Positions 61,514 through 64,000 of a DNA stretch of 64,000 nucleotides are shown here, one piece after another. Position numbers and translations under genes: made by a program. The stretch comes from an uncultured delta proteobacterium (GTDB lineage: Bacteria; Myxococcota_A; Polyangia; Palsa-1104): NCBI GenBank assembly GCA_963785725.1, contig CAWAWS010000003.1, positions 96,001 through 160,000 on the forward strand, written 5' to 3'. Position 1 is the first letter of the stretch, and each line of letters begins with the position of its first letter. Below the pieces are notes generated by a model. It was not told the DNA's origin. It did not search any database and saw only the letters and a program-made list of their open reading frames with translations.

Positions 61514-62527
61514 ATGAACGGCGTGCATGTCGAAGCGTTCGATCTCAACCTGCTCTTGGCCTTCGACGCGCTGTGGACCGAGCGCCACGTCACGCGCGCC
61601 GCGCGCCGCGTCGGGCTGACGCAATCGGCGATGAGCCACGCGCTCGCCCGCCTGCGCACGCAGCTCGACGATCCGCTGTTCGTCACGACGCCGCGCGGGC
61701 TCATGCCGACGCCGCGGGCGCACGCGCTGGCGCCGCCGCTGGCCGAGGCGCTGACGCTCGTGCGCGACGCGGTCAAGCCGCCCCAGTTCGTGCCGGCGAC
61801 GCTGCAGCGGACGTTCACGATCGGCAGCAACGACTACGGCGACGTGGCGTTGCTGCCGCAGCTGGTGGCGCGCCTGGAGCGTGAAGCGCCGGGCGTGCGC
61901 CTCATCTTGCGGCCGATCGTCGGCGACGGCGAGCGCGCGCTGCTCGACGGTCAACATGACCTCATGTTCAGCGTGCCGCACCCGGCCGCGCCCGACGTCT
62001 TCGGCGAGACGCTGTTTCACGATCACTTCGTGTCGCTCCTGCGCGCCGACCATCCCGCGGCGCGCCGCCCGCTGACGCTCGATCGCTTCGTGGCGCTGCG
62101 CCATCTGCTGATTTCGCCGCAAGGCATGGGCGAGGCGGCGGTCGACGTCGCGCTGCGCGCGCGCGGCCGCGAGCGCGTCATCGCCGTGCGCCTGCCGCAT
62201 TTCCTGTCGGCGCCGCTGGTGGTCGCGCAAACCGACCTCATCGTGACGATGCCGGAGCGCGTGGCGCAAGCGGTGGCGACGCAGCAGCGGTTCGTCGTCC
62301 GTCAACCGCCGGTGCAGCTGCCGAGCATCACCTTCAACATGTTCTGGCACGCGCGCAACGACGCCGACCCGTTGCATCGTTGGATTCGCACGCTGGCGGC
62401 GACGGTCGCCCGCGGTAAGCCAGCCCGCGCGAAGGCAGGCGCCGGCGCGCGCGACCGCCGCGTCGACGCGGGCGCCTCGGACGCCGGCCGCGTCGACCGC
62501 AAACCGCGCGGCCGCCGTCGCCGCTGA
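61514..62527 (+). CDS. LysR-family regulator
   Basis: DLNLLLAFDAL..ERHVTRAA....TQSAMSHALARLR; divergent from the NmrA gene. Confidence 0.92.
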   Translation: MNGVHVEAFDLNLLLAFDALWTERHVTRAARRVGLTQSAMSHALARLRTQLDDPLFVTTPRGLMPTPRAHALAPPLAEALTLVRDAVKPPQFVPATLQRTFTIGSNDYGDVALLPQLVARLEREAPGVRLILRPIVGDGERALLDGQHDLMFSVPHPAAPDVFGETLFHDHFVSLLRADHPAARRPLTLDRFVALRHLLISPQGMGEAAVDVALRARGRERVIAVRLPHFLSAPLVVAQTDLIVTMPERVAQAVATQQRFVVRQPPVQLPSITFNMFWHARNDADPLHRWIRTLAATVARGKPARAKAGAGARDRRVDAGASDAGRVDRKPRGRRRR

Positions 62528-62737
62528 CCGCGCACGCCGCCGACCGGCAGCGTGACCCGTGCTATCCGAGAGACACGCCGCCGACTCCGTCCGTCTGCTG
62601 CTGCGCCAACTGTATGGCGTTCAATATATTTGCGCGGCGAGAGCGAATGGGCACACACGGTCGCGCATCCCGCGCCAAACCGCCGCCTCGCCGTGCGCGC
62701 CATCGCCGGCGCAACTGCGCGCCGAAGCTTTGCTACG

Positions 62738-64000
62738 ATGCGCGCCATGCGGATCTTGCGATCGCGCCTGAGCTCAGGCGCACTCTCGTGGCTCTCACTT
62801 CCGGCCCTTTTGGCCCTCCTCGCCGCTCCGGCCCGCGCCGCCTCGCCGACGCCGGCCACGGGCGAGCTGCTCTTCAAACAGCGCTGCGGCGTCTGCCATC
62901 CCGTCGACCACGGCAGCGCGCAAGGGCCCGGCCTCGGCCGCATCGTCGGGCGCCGCGCCGCTTCGCTGGAAGGCTTCGGCTATTCGCCGGCGCTGCGCGC
63001 TTACAAACAGGTGTGGACCGAAGCGGCGCTCGACAAGTTCCTGGCCGCGCCCGCCGAGGTCGTGCCCGGCACGATCATGCCCATCCCCACGCCTGACGAT
63101 GACGAGCGCCACGCCATCCTCGCCTATTTGCGCACGCTCCACGACACGCGCGTCCCGGCCAAAATCGCGCCCACCGCGACCAAGCCGACGCCGCCCACCG
63201 ACCTCGGCAAGGTGCGGCTGGACAAGGCGGCGTTCGGCGACTATCGCGACGACGCGCCCGGCGTGCGCCGCCATATCACCGTCGCGGCGCTGCCGCCGCC
63301 GTTCGCATCGCGCTCGTCGAGCAATGGGCCGCGCGTCGTGGCGCCGCCGGCGGGCGCGAAGTTGCGCGTGCCCGCCGGGTTCACGGTGACGCAGTTCGCG
63401 CACGGCCTCACGCAGCCGCGCGTGCTGCGCGTCGCGCCCAACGGCGACATCTTCGTCGCCGAGAGCGAAGCCGGCCGCGTCCGCATCCTGCGCGCCAAAG
63501 ACGGCGCGGCCGCGCCCGAGACGATCGAAGTCTTCGCCGACGGCCTCGATCGTCCGTTCGGCATCGCCTTTTACCCGCCCGGCCCGTCGCCGCGCTTCGT
63601 CTACATCGCCGAGAACAACCGCGTCGTGCGCTACGCTTACAGCGCCGGCGACTTGCGCGCGCGCGGCAGAGCCGAGGTCATCGTCGCCAAGCTCACCGAC
63701 GGCAGCGACGGCCACTGGACGCGCGACCTCGCCTTCTCCGCCGACGGCAAACAGCTGTTCGTCTCGGTCGGCTCCGGCTCCAACGTCGCCGAGGGCATGG
63801 ACAAGCGCCCGCCCACCGACCTCGCCGCCTGGGAAGCCGCCGAAGGATTGGGCGCCACCTGGGGCGACGAGCGCCATCGCGCCGACGTCCTCGTGTTCGA
63901 TCCCGAGGGCAAAGGCGGCAAAGTCTTCGCCAGCGGCATTCGCAACTGCGTCGGATTGGCCGTGCAGCCCGAGACCCACGCGCTGTGGTGCTCGACCAAC
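62738..64000 (+). CDS. Cytochrome c fused to a glucose/sorbosone dehydrogenase beta-propeller (runs off the window)
   Basis: Signal peptide; CGVCH heme motif; VPGTIM; LRVPAGF, APNGDIFVAES, GHWTR, VSVGSGSN and GIRNCVG motifs. Confidence 0.85.
   Translation, partial: MRAMRILRSRLSSGALSWLSLPALLALLAAPARAASPTPATGELLFKQRCGVCHPVDHGSAQGPGLGRIVGRRAASLEGFGYSPALRAYKQVWTEAALDKFLAAPAEVVPGTIMPIPTPDDDERHAILAYLRTLHDTRVPAKIAPTATKPTPPTDLGKVRLDKAAFGDYRDDAPGVRRHITVAALPPPFASRSSSNGPRVVAPPAGAKLRVPAGFTVTQFAHGLTQPRVLRVAPNGDIFVAESEAGRVRILRAKDGAAAPETIEVFADGLDRPFGIAFYPPGPSPRFVYIAENNRVVRYAYSAGDLRARGRAEVIVAKLTDGSDGHWTRDLAFSADGKQLFVSVGSGSNVAEGMDKRPPTDLAAWEAAEGLGATWGDERHRADVLVFDPEGKGGKVFASGIRNCVGLAVQPETHALWCSTN

Noticed and set aside
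58685..62527. 1280-aa MFS-LysR fusion
   Set aside because: Artefact of the MFS frameshift running through the antisense of the NmrA gene into the LysR frame

Overview
GC-rich window whose gene content suggests a myxobacterium (inference: Ser/Thr kinases with PEGA domains, Cys-rich lipoproteins, a type III PKS-methyltransferase-ACP-FAAL cluster, sigma54-like promoters). The standout is a ~6.3-kb minus-strand RNA operon (27525-33872). It carries 22 tRNA genes covering 17 amino acids, many irregular, including an 8/4 tRNA-Ser and a tRNA-Glu split by a 160-bp inverted-repeat element. It also carries a 193-nt tRNA-like RNA with a large domain in place of the anticodon loop, several Y-RNA candidates, a Ro60/TROVE gene and rtcB. 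The operon is headed by a 50-codon leader ORF that uses all 20 amino acids and whose last codons overlap mutually exclusive antiterminator/terminator helices. I interpret this as a translation-failure-sensing attenuator controlling tRNA replacement and RNA repair (hypothesis). Elsewhere: two paralogous kinase/TPR/lipoprotein modules, a truncated Rhs gene with an orphan Imm26, a ten-copy operator-like array between marR and an EmrB-type pump, and several single frameshifts that may be assembly errors. All RNA folds were done by eye and product names come from motif recognition, not database searches.
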